From Alphaproteobacteria bacterium (GTDB taxonomy: Bacteria > Pseudomonadota > Alphaproteobacteria > UBA7985): 64,000 nucleotides of DNA. Of this stretch, positions 18,051 to 25,650 are shown piece after piece; position 1 is the stretch's first letter, and every line of letters starts with the position of its first letter. The notes below the pieces were generated by a model. That model saw only the letters and a list, made by a program, of their open reading frames with translations, had not been told where the DNA came from and searched no databases. The DNA is taken from the NCBI GenBank assembly GCA_965228345.1, contig CBDDHH010000003.1, forward strand, positions 181,806 through 245,805. Direction: 5' to 3'. Made by a program: the position numbers and the translations under genes.

Positions 18051-18436
18051 TCCAACCCAAACAGGTTTACTACCTGGAGACGCTGCTTTCAGGTCGCCCA
18101 GGTCATACGCGCTCGCACTATACCGTGGTTGTTTTTGTTGAGGATGATCGCGCGCTTCTTGTTCCCATATGTAGCAAGCGGCCTCATGCCTACGACCCCA
18201 CGGTGGAGCTAGGCCCAAACGAATACCCACGGCTCCGCCATGCGTCGTTTGTCGAGTATAGCAAGGCCGACTTTATAAGCTTAGGGCATTTGTCGGAACA
18301 AATTGCAGCAGGCCTCGCGCGGCCTTGCGAAACCTTAAATGCGCAAGTGTTCTTGCGGATCAAGAACGGGCTTCTAAACTCGACCTACACGAAGAGAAAA
18401 ATCAAAAATTGGGTCAAGGGTCGCGCGGCCGAATAG
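18047..18436 (+). CDS. Candidate toxin partner of PanA (unknown family; weak MazF/PemK-like N-terminal pattern)
   Basis: 129-aa ORF translationally coupled to PanA (GTGA). QVYYLE...GHTRSHYTVVVFVEDDRALLVPICSK resembles the beta-barrel core and the vPxTS motif of PemK-like toxins, but the match is not secure. Followed by a terminator. Confidence 0.5.
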   Translation: MIQPKQVYYLETLLSGRPGHTRSHYTVVVFVEDDRALLVPICSKRPHAYDPTVELGPNEYPRLRHASFVEYSKADFISLGHLSEQIAAGLARPCETLNAQVFLRIKNGLLNSTYTKRKIKNWVKGRAAE

Positions 18437-18500
18437 GGCCAGGCTTGGCCGTCGCGCGAACTTTCGAATTCTATCCGCTGACAAGCTAGACCGAAACTTG

Positions 18501-18522
18501 AGGGGCCAATGGCCCCTTTTTT
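18501..18522 (+). terminator. Rho-independent terminator after the PanA/partner pair
   Basis: AGGGGCC-aat-GGCCCCT followed by TTTTT. Confidence 0.75.
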
Positions 18523-18546
18523 ATTGCTGAGTCTTGGGGGGGTGGG

Positions 18547-19647
18547 ATGTTGAAAATTGACTCGCCCATGCTGGCGAATCCCCATACGCCGCTTGACGTG
18601 GTTGATTTCGTTGAGCCGAAGCACTCAAAGGCCCGTGTTCGCCTTGCTGGCGACGTTCTCAAGCAAGCTCATGACCAAGTCAGCGACGAGTTGACCGACG
18701 CTTTCTCTGTCGCCTATGCCTGGCGTGACGCTCATGCCCTGCCTATGTCCGCCATGTTGAGCGAGTTGCGGGGCCTTGTTCGTCGTGGCGGTGGCGTAGG
18801 CTATTGCGCGGCACGACTTAAGCGCATGGCGTCGATACGGCCCAAGCTGGCGCGGTTCAAATTGCGGCTGGCAGACATGCAAGACTTGGCAGGCGCGCGG
18901 GCAATCTTGCCCTCGATCAGCGATGTCGAGCGCGTTTCTGCGCTGCTGGAAAGTGCGCGGTTTGGTCCGTCAAAGCCCGCAGTTGACTATATGGCGGCCC
19001 CAAAAGCGGACGGCTATAGGAGCGTCCACCGCGTCTTGAAGATGGAGGGCCACGGAGAGCGAGCGCCTTGGGGCGGCATGAAGGTGGAGGTGCAGGTAAG
19101 GACGCGGCTGCAACACGCATGGGCGACGGCGGTTGAAGCGCACGACATGATGAGCGGCGAGACCAGCCTGAAGGGCGGCCAAGGCGACGATAGTTGGCGG
19201 CGGTTTTTTGCACTTATGTCGGGCGAGATTGCCGAAGTTGAAAGCGCACCGCTTCCCGCCAGTGTGCCGGAAAACAGATCGGAGCGCCGAGAGGAATTGG
19301 CGCACCTGAACCGCGAGATTGACGCCCTTAGGGTGCTAGAAAGTTACCGCCTAGCGGCGGATGCGGCGGACGCGCGCCCTGATGCTCGCTATTTCTTGCT
19401 GATGCTGGACACGCGCCGAAAGACTGTCAAAATAAGATCCTTCTACGGCATCCTGGACGGCGGCGACGCATACAACCAAAGAGAGGCGAGCGCGACTAGC
19501 ACGGTATTGGTTGAATCGGGCGACGCGAAGAACCTAGCGGCGGCCTATCCAAACTACTTTTTAGACATTCGTGCTTTTGTTGGTCAGGTTCGCGTCTCGC
19601 TGGGCGGCCATGACTTGTCCTGGCTTAGTGAATACGGGCGCTGTTAG
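18547..19647 (+). CDS. RelA/SpoT-domain nucleotide pyrophosphokinase (small alarmone synthetase / toxSAS-like) with a ~160-aa C-terminal extension
   Basis: All synthetase motifs are present: RLKRMASIRPK (RxKxxxSxxxK), DLAGARAI (DxxGxR), DGYRSVH, and VEVQVRTRLQHAWATAVEAHD (ExQxRTxxQHxWA). These span aa 90-200, which is nt 18814-19146. Confidence 0.8.
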   Translation: MLKIDSPMLANPHTPLDVVDFVEPKHSKARVRLAGDVLKQAHDQVSDELTDAFSVAYAWRDAHALPMSAMLSELRGLVRRGGGVGYCAARLKRMASIRPKLARFKLRLADMQDLAGARAILPSISDVERVSALLESARFGPSKPAVDYMAAPKADGYRSVHRVLKMEGHGERAPWGGMKVEVQVRTRLQHAWATAVEAHDMMSGETSLKGGQGDDSWRRFFALMSGEIAEVESAPLPASVPENRSERREELAHLNREIDALRVLESYRLAADAADARPDARYFLLMLDTRRKTVKIRSFYGILDGGDAYNQREASATSTVLVESGDAKNLAAAYPNYFLDIRAFVGQVRVSLGGHDLSWLSEYGRC

Positions 19648-19664
19648 GCATCGCCGTGTTTTTT

Positions 19665-19700
19665 GGCCCGTAACTTTTCGGAAACAGGCCCGTAACTTTT
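19665..19700 (+). promoter_or_regulatory. Two direct copies of GGCCCGTAACTTTT with a 22-bp period, upstream of the resumed phage genes
   Basis: Copies at 19665-19678 and 19687-19700, about 35 nt upstream of ATG 19734 (RBS GAAAGGAA). Confidence 0.3.
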
Positions 19701-19733
19701 TTGATTTCCCCAAAAAAAACGAAAGGAATCCCC

Positions 19734-20024
19734 ATGACAAAGGATGAACTAGAAGCTCTGGGCCGTGAGCATGGCTTGGAATTGGACAAGCGCAAGTCGG
19801 TTGCCAAGTTGCGCGAGGAGTTGGCTGCGGCGGGCGTTGAGGTGCCTGCGGAGGCGGCTGAGGCCGCTGAGCCTGGTGCGGCTGAACCTGGCGTTGATGT
19901 TGAGATTTTGCGCGACGTTTGGGACGCAGGCGGGGTTCGGCAGCGGCGGGGGTCGGTGGTGGCGGTTTCTACCGATACGGCCCTTGAGTGGCTCGAAAAG
20001 GGCCTGGCTAAGCGCGCCGCATGA
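19734..20024 (+). CDS. Hypothetical phage protein (helix-extended-helix, Rho-N/SAP-like N-terminus)
   Basis: MTKDELEALGREHGLELDKRKSVAKLREELAAAG. The start is taken at the internal ATG with an RBS; the ORF is open from 19701. Confidence 0.5.
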   Translation: MTKDELEALGREHGLELDKRKSVAKLREELAAAGVEVPAEAAEAAEPGAAEPGVDVEILRDVWDAGGVRQRRGSVVAVSTDTALEWLEKGLAKRAA

Positions 20025-20362
20025 TTGGGCAACGCGACAGCGCGGGCTGGCAGTGTGTGGGCTTTAACCCGCAAAGCCAAGTGTCCACCTGGATCAAGCC
20101 CGATGGCGACGAGGATATGTTGATCGAAGAACGTCAAGAGATTGGCGCCATCCTCGATCACAACACCGCTGCCCGCAATGTGGCTGAGGCGGGCTGGAAA
20201 GGCGACGGGCTGCACCGCGTTGCCGCCATTCCCATGGCCATGGCCCATGAGCGGGATAGCTTTCTACACGGGGCCTTGCAGGCCCAGGACGCCAAGGCCC
20301 TTGCGGGCGTGTTGAACGATAGCGACTTTGCCAAGCTGCGCACCAAGGAAGGCGCCATCTAG
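20021..20362 (+). CDS. Hypothetical phage protein
   Basis: 113-aa ORF with a 4-nt overlap on the upstream ORF. Confidence 0.45.
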   Translation: MIGQRDSAGWQCVGFNPQSQVSTWIKPDGDEDMLIEERQEIGAILDHNTAARNVAEAGWKGDGLHRVAAIPMAMAHERDSFLHGALQAQDAKALAGVLNDSDFAKLRTKEGAI

Positions 20363-20934
20363 TGATCCAGGACTATGCGGCCCTAATCGCCGAGGTGACG
20401 CTTCGGTCGGGCGTTTCGGATGTTGCGACCCGCGCGGGCCTGTATGTTGGCATGGCCGAGAACGCCCTTTCTAAGCGGCTGCGCGTTGGCGACATGGAGA
20501 CCGAAGCGACCTTGACCACCGACGAGGACGGGCGCGCGGACTTGCCGGCGGACTTTTTAGAAGTGCGGTCGCTACGCACGGCGGACCAGGCTTTGCCGCA
20601 ACGGACCTTGCGAGCCGTTCAGGACGGGGCGGTCTGTGGCTATGCGCTGACGGGCAAGGCTTTGGTGACGAACGAGAAGGAAACGGACCTTGAATTGGTC
20701 TATTACGCCGCTTTGCCTGGCCTAGAAGCGCATGACACCAACTGGCTGCTGGAGCAGGATCCTGAGGTCTATTTGAGCGCGGTGCTGTTTCAGGTCTTTA
20801 TCGCCAATTCCAACCTTGAGGGCGCGCAGGCGGTGACGGGGCTGTTGACGGGGCAGATCGAGGCGCTGAACCGCGACGACTATCGCAAGCGCCATGCAGG
20901 GGCGCGGGTGAATGTGGCGGGGCTTACGCCATGA
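20362..20934 (+). CDS. Phage virion protein (head-tail adaptor or tail-tubular-like, unassigned)
   Basis: 190 aa, overlapping its neighbours. Shares the ..DLP.DF..... pattern with the next ORF, suggesting the two are paralogues. Confidence 0.45.
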   Translation: MIQDYAALIAEVTLRSGVSDVATRAGLYVGMAENALSKRLRVGDMETEATLTTDEDGRADLPADFLEVRSLRTADQALPQRTLRAVQDGAVCGYALTGKALVTNEKETDLELVYYAALPGLEAHDTNWLLEQDPEVYLSAVLFQVFIANSNLEGAQAVTGLLTGQIEALNRDDYRKRHAGARVNVAGLTP

Positions 20935-21533
20935 GTGCTGAGGATGTTTTGAGTCATGTCTTGCTGGCCGTTGGGCTGGATCGGCCTGGGGCGCAGTTGA
21001 CGGCGGGGGACTTTGAGATTGACCAGATCAAAGCCTTTATGAACGAAGCGGGAACGGACATCGCGCGGCGGGCGCAGTGGTCGGGCTTGTTTAAGACGCA
21101 CACCATCGAAGGCGAAGTGTCGGCGGTGGATTTGCCCGAGGATTTTTATCAGATGGCGCAGAATGGGGCGGTGCGGCTGAATAAGGAGGGGTTTTACCCT
21201 GTTTTGCCCGTGCTGGTACCTGAGCAGTGGGCTTTCTTGTCGGCGCGGCCTTCGGCGCAAGCGCACTATCACCTTTCGCAAGGGCAGCTGTTGTTTTCGC
21301 CTGCGCTCGATGAAGATGGGGCGGTCATGGTGTACCTGTCGAGCTGGTGGGTCGAGGGCAAGGGGGCGATTAGCCAGAATAGCGACGAGATCCTGATCCC
21401 CGAACGCCTGGTCGAAAAGGGCACGGTTTGGCGGTGGAAGCGGCAAAAGGGCATGACCTACGATGATTTGCTCGCCGAATTTGAAGCCGACCTTGAGGCC
21501 GAACTGAACGCGGATCGAGGCGCGAGTGCTTAG
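20931..21533 (+). CDS. Phage virion protein (possible paralogue of the preceding ORF)
   Basis: 200 aa with an ATGA overlap. VDLPEDFYQMAQNGAVRL compares with ADLPADFLEVRSLR in the previous ORF. Confidence 0.45.
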   Translation: MSAEDVLSHVLLAVGLDRPGAQLTAGDFEIDQIKAFMNEAGTDIARRAQWSGLFKTHTIEGEVSAVDLPEDFYQMAQNGAVRLNKEGFYPVLPVLVPEQWAFLSARPSAQAHYHLSQGQLLFSPALDEDGAVMVYLSSWWVEGKGAISQNSDEILIPERLVEKGTVWRWKRQKGMTYDDLLAEFEADLEAELNADRGASA

Positions 21534-23169
21534 GATTGCGCCATCGCGGGCGCGGCCCAGCAATCGCACCCCGACAGAATCCGACAAGACCCCCGCCGCC
21601 AAGGCCAAGTCCTACGGCGCTCCAACCGCTGGACTTGTGACCAATCTCCCCCTGGCGGCGGGGATGCCCGCCTCGGCCATTGAGCTTGATAACTTCTGGC
21701 CGACCAGCACGGGCCTTGAGCCGCGCGGGGGCAGCGCCTTGGTCGCCACCATCGAGGGGCCGGTCGAAACGCTGTTCCAGTATCAGGCGGGTGCGCTTGA
21801 GGTGTTCTTTGCCGCCGATGCGGGCAACATCTATGCCTTTGACGGCGACACCTCGGGCGGGGCGGAGTTGTCGCCGGTGGTGACGGGGCAGACCTCGGGC
21901 GATTACTGCGATTTGCATATTCAGAACCAGGGCGGCTCGTTCTTATGCCTTGTGAATGGCGCGGACCCCATGCAGCTTTACGACGGGGCCAGTTGGCAGC
22001 AGGTGACCGATAGTAGCAGCCCCCATGCCATTACGGGCGTTGATACGTCCACCTTGTCCTACACTTGGGCCTATCGCAATCGGCAGTTCTTCATCCAATC
22101 GGGGACCATGAACGCCTGGTATTTGGGCGTGAACTCGGTTTCGGGCATTGCCACGATCTTACCCCTTGCGGGCGTGTTCAACCGTGGCGGGTCGCTGCTG
22201 TTTGGGGCGACCTGGTCCTCCGACAGTGGGGCGGGCATGGACGACCGTTGCGTTTTTGCAACAGATCAGGGCGAGTTTGCCGTTTATGAGGGCGACCCCT
22301 CGGACCTCAGCACCTGGTCTTTGACGGGGGTCTATACGATCGGCAAGCCGCTGGGCAAGCGGGCGCATATGACTGTCGGCGGTGACTTGATCGTTGCGAC
22401 GCACGATGGTCTGATCCCCATATCGGCGGCGACGAGTAAGGACCCCTCGCAACTGACTTTGAGTGCGCTCAGCATCAAGATCGAAGGGAACTGGCGCAAC
22501 GCGGCCCTTGGGACCTATGGCGGCAAGACTTGGGCGCTGGCCAAGTGGTCGGCCAAGAACATGGCGCTTGTTCTGCCGCCGATCGATGGCGACGTCTATT
22601 GCTGGGCCGTGAACCTGACCACGGGGGCCTGGACCAAGTTTTCAGGCTGGGCGGCGGCGACCGTGGCCGTGCTGGGCGACGGGCTTTACTACGGCGGCAG
22701 CGACGGCGCCTTGGTCGCGTGTGACGTTGGCGGCAGCGATCAGGGCAGCCCCTTTGAGTGCCGGGCTTGCTTCGCCTTTGACCATTTGGAGGCCCCTGGG
22801 GCGCTGAAAGTCGCGCACCTGATCCGCTCTAAATGGCGGCGCGGCCATACCTTTGCCAGCAAGCACAGCATCGCGAGCGACTATCGGCCCAATTTCCCGA
22901 CTTTGCCCGCCGCGGCCATCCCCGAGCCGACGACGGCGAGCGACTGGGATGAGGCGATTTGGGATGAAGCCTATTGGAACGATGATCGCGGCGGCTTTTG
23001 GAGCGCCTCGGGGGACTGGGATATAGCGGAAAAGTGGGAAAGCATTTCGGGCCACGGCGAAGTCTTGGCCCCGCAAGTGCAAGTCATCTCAGCGCAGGAT
23101 GTGAAGCTTGCTTGTGAGCTCATCTCCCTCGATCTGACCTACACGGTTGGGGCCGTGCCCCATGGCTAG
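21526..23169 (+). CDS. Large phage tail or nozzle-type structural protein (unassigned)
   Basis: 547 aa with a GTG start overlapping the upstream stop. Gly/Trp/Ser-rich, beta-type sequence. Confidence 0.5.
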   Translation: MLRIAPSRARPSNRTPTESDKTPAAKAKSYGAPTAGLVTNLPLAAGMPASAIELDNFWPTSTGLEPRGGSALVATIEGPVETLFQYQAGALEVFFAADAGNIYAFDGDTSGGAELSPVVTGQTSGDYCDLHIQNQGGSFLCLVNGADPMQLYDGASWQQVTDSSSPHAITGVDTSTLSYTWAYRNRQFFIQSGTMNAWYLGVNSVSGIATILPLAGVFNRGGSLLFGATWSSDSGAGMDDRCVFATDQGEFAVYEGDPSDLSTWSLTGVYTIGKPLGKRAHMTVGGDLIVATHDGLIPISAATSKDPSQLTLSALSIKIEGNWRNAALGTYGGKTWALAKWSAKNMALVLPPIDGDVYCWAVNLTTGAWTKFSGWAAATVAVLGDGLYYGGSDGALVACDVGGSDQGSPFECRACFAFDHLEAPGALKVAHLIRSKWRRGHTFASKHSIASDYRPNFPTLPAAAIPEPTTASDWDEAIWDEAYWNDDRGGFWSASGDWDIAEKWESISGHGEVLAPQVQVISAQDVKLACELISLDLTYTVGAVPHG

Positions 23170-23629
23170 GGTTGCGCCCGTCATGGACCAGGCGCCCACG
23201 GTCAAGCGCTTTGTCGAGCGGGGCCTTTGGGGCGGGGCGCGGCAGTTTGACGACTCTTATGCGGCGATTGGCTTTGCGGATGCGACGCGGGGCCTGATCG
23301 CGGGCTTCATTTATACGGACTGGCAGCCAGAGGCAGGGACGGTCGAACTATCGGCCTATGCGACCTATCGCGATTGGATGTCGCGGAAGGCCTTGGGGAT
23401 CTTGCTCTACGACTATCCCTTTGGGTCGCTTGGCTGTCGGCTGGTGGTGGCGCGGCACAGTGAGCGCAACGCGCCCGTGCGGCGCATATGGCGAGCCTTG
23501 GGGGCGCAGGAGACGCTGATCCCCGAGCTATGGGCCCCAGGCGAAGCAACGGCCATTGCGGTGCTGAAAACCGCCGACTTTGCGGGGACTAAATTCATGA
23601 AAGGACACAGCAAGCATGGGAAAAAGTAA
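23147..23629 (+). CDS. Hypothetical protein, weakly GNAT-acetyltransferase-like
   Basis: 160 aa. The ...RLVVARHSERNAPVRRIWRALGAQETLIPELW pattern resembles the GNAT C-terminal region. Low certainty. Confidence 0.35.
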   Translation: MGPCPMARVAPVMDQAPTVKRFVERGLWGGARQFDDSYAAIGFADATRGLIAGFIYTDWQPEAGTVELSAYATYRDWMSRKALGILLYDYPFGSLGCRLVVARHSERNAPVRRIWRALGAQETLIPELWAPGEATAIAVLKTADFAGTKFMKGHSKHGKK

Positions 23630-24617
23630 GCCTAAGGCCCCAAAGGCCCCCGACCCAATCCAAACGGCAGGGGCGCAGACGACGCAGAACATCGAGACGG
23701 CCAAAGCCCAGCAGATGATGAACAACATGAACCAGGTTAACCCCTACGGCAGCCTGACCTATAGCCAAACGGGGACGCAGACCGTGAAGGGCCCCGACGG
23801 GACGGTTCATGAGATCCCGACCTATACGGCGGAGCAGACTTTGAGCCCCGAGATGCAGGCCCTGTTTGACAAGAATGTCGCCTTGCAAGGGGGCATGGCG
23901 GACTTTGCGGGCCAGCATCTGGCCGATATGCAGGGCAGCGACATTTACGCCCAGGACTATTCGGCAGATCGGCAACGGGTCGAGGATGCGCTTATGGAGC
24001 GCATGAACCCAGGGCTTGATCGGCGGCGCGAAAACCTGGAATCACGCCTTGCCAGCCAAGGGATCCAGATCAGGTCGCAAGCCTATAACCAGGCCATGGA
24101 CGACCTGAACCGCGGCGAGAACGATGCCCGCCTTGGGGCGATTGCGAACGCCGGCCAAGAGCAAAGCCGCATGACGCGCGATGCCATGGCTAAACGCGGG
24201 CAGCAATTCAACGAGATGCAAGCCTTGAGCGGCGGGGCCCAGGTAAACCAGCCAAGCTATCAAATGGCCGCGCCCGCGCAGATCGCGAACACGGACGTGG
24301 CGGGGCTGACTATGAACGCGCATAACCAAAACATGAACGTCTATAACCAGCAGATGGCGCAGCAGAACCAGCTTATGGGCGGGCTGTTTGGCTTGGGCGC
24401 GGCGGGCATCGGCCTCATGTCGGATCGGCGCGTCAAGGAAGATATAAAGCAGGTCGGCAAGACCAACGACGGGCAGAACATCTATTCCTTCCGATACAAG
24501 GGCGGCGGCCCGATTCAGATGGGCCTCATGGCGCAGGAAGTTGAGAAGAAGAAACCCAAAGCGGTCGGGGAGGTCGGCGGCCTCAAGTTTGTCGATTATG
24601 GGGAGGCCTTGGCATGA
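23616..24617 (+). CDS. Tail fibre/spike-type protein with a C-terminal intramolecular chaperone (peptidase S74) domain
   Basis: C-terminus SDRRVKEDIKQVGKTNDGQNIYSFRYKGGGPIQMGLMAQEVEKKKPKAV..VDY is the S74 autoproteolytic chaperone signature. The N-terminal part is Q/N/M-rich. Confidence 0.7.
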   Translation: MGKSKPKAPKAPDPIQTAGAQTTQNIETAKAQQMMNNMNQVNPYGSLTYSQTGTQTVKGPDGTVHEIPTYTAEQTLSPEMQALFDKNVALQGGMADFAGQHLADMQGSDIYAQDYSADRQRVEDALMERMNPGLDRRRENLESRLASQGIQIRSQAYNQAMDDLNRGENDARLGAIANAGQEQSRMTRDAMAKRGQQFNEMQALSGGAQVNQPSYQMAAPAQIANTDVAGLTMNAHNQNMNVYNQQMAQQNQLMGGLFGLGAAGIGLMSDRRVKEDIKQVGKTNDGQNIYSFRYKGGGPIQMGLMAQEVEKKKPKAVGEVGGLKFVDYGEALA

Positions 24618-25030
24618 TGGGCACAAAATCCTTTGGCGGCGGCCAAGGCGGGGGCTACATCTTCGGCGGCAACACGGGCAAGTCTTACGAGGACGTGCAG
24701 CGGATGCGCCAACAGGCCAGCCAGATTTCACCGCTTCAAAACGGAATGCCGCGCAACGTCGGCGAAGGCATCGCCAGCATCGGGCAAGCACTGATGGTGC
24801 GCCACCTTGAGGGCAAGGCCAAGAAAGCCGAAGAAGCAGGGCGAAAGGAAGCTACAAACGCATTTCAGCACATCCTATCGCAGCCGAGGGGGCAATGGGA
24901 CATGGCCCAAGTCGGGGCCTTGTCCGACAACGGCTATTTGAGCGACGCGCAGCGCGGGGCCATGGCGACGTTGTTTCAGCAGGACCTGGAGCGGCGGCTT
25001 GGGGCTTATATCAGCGGCGATTTAAAATGA
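24614..25030 (+). CDS. Hypothetical phage protein; the last 7 codons and the stop are supplied by repeat copy R2
   Basis: 138 aa with an ATGA overlap. The C-terminal YISGDLK* is encoded by the A-type hairpin module (TATATCAGCGGCGATTTAAAATGA...). Confidence 0.4.
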   Translation: MMGTKSFGGGQGGGYIFGGNTGKSYEDVQRMRQQASQISPLQNGMPRNVGEGIASIGQALMVRHLEGKAKKAEEAGRKEATNAFQHILSQPRGQWDMAQVGALSDNGYLSDAQRGAMATLFQQDLERRLGAYISGDLK

Positions 25031-25348
25031 CTCTTTTATTCGCTGGTATAAGGGCCGCGACTGCGGCCCCCGTAGCGGGCTCCAAGCCCGAAGGGCGCAG
25101 GGAACGCCCGCGCCAAAAACACTTGGGCTCCAAGCCCGAAGGGCGCAGGGAACGCCCGCGCCAAAAACAAGCGGCCCCGAGAATAGCTAAGAAAGCGCCT
25201 CGGAGTATAAGCGAAGGCCCCGTCGCGCGGTCGGGCTGAGCGAGCGGTGCAAGCGAGGTGAGACCGCATCAAACAGCCGAAACGCGAAGCGTTTCTGCCG
25301 TGAGACAAAACTCTGCTGAAAATGTCAATTCTTAGCGGAGTTGGTATA
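25007..25348 (-). repeat. Mosaic intergenic repeat, copy R2 (long form, reverse) with an internal 48-bp tandem duplication
   Basis: Its reverse complement aligns module by module with R1, R7 and R11. GGGCTCCAAGCCCGAAGGGCGCAGGGAACGCCCGCGCCAAAAACA occurs twice, at 25077 and 25125. Confidence 0.9.
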
Positions 25349-25650
25349 AGGCGTTGCGAGGACGGCGTTCCTACCTGGCTGAGCTTCCGCGGATAGTGTG
25401 ACCCTTTAATGAAGTCGATCGTGCGTCCACCCATGGCTCGACGAGTCAAGGTTTCGCCGCGTTGGTTTTATGGGTTGGAACGGTATTTGTTTGGTCGTGA
25501 TTGTCTTTGATGAGAGAACTCGTTATTACGAGCCTGATGAAATCGCCCTGCGGCGAACTTTTTATTTGCAGGGGCGTCATGACGTTGTAGGGGCAGAACG
25601 ACCGAGCTTTGTGGCTTTCTAATTCCCACTTGTACAGATTTCCCAGATTC

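Larger units (their letters stand above)
8303..25030 (+). mobile_element. Phage-derived head and short-tail morphogenesis cluster (structural genes only; cryptic prophage remnant or GTA-like element)
   Basis: 23 co-oriented, tightly packed or overlapping ORFs run from terminase to tail fibre. Host-like genes lie on both sides (ttcA on the left, the glycan cluster on the right). No integrase, repressor, replication or lysis ORF was recognised. Confidence 0.75.

Noticed and set aside
23147-23629. Calling the 160-aa phage ORF a GNAT acetyltransferase
   Set aside because: Only a loose C-terminal pattern resemblance was seen, and I could not identify the acetyl-CoA binding Q/RxxGxG/A motif. It is kept as hypothetical with a low-confidence note.
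25007-25348. Possibility that the recurring GC-rich repeats are a CRISPR array
   Set aside because: The units are 190-340 bp and dispersed kilobases apart, in both orientations, with genes between them. There is no regular repeat-spacer periodicity and no cas genes. The only tandem repeat is a single 48-bp duplication.
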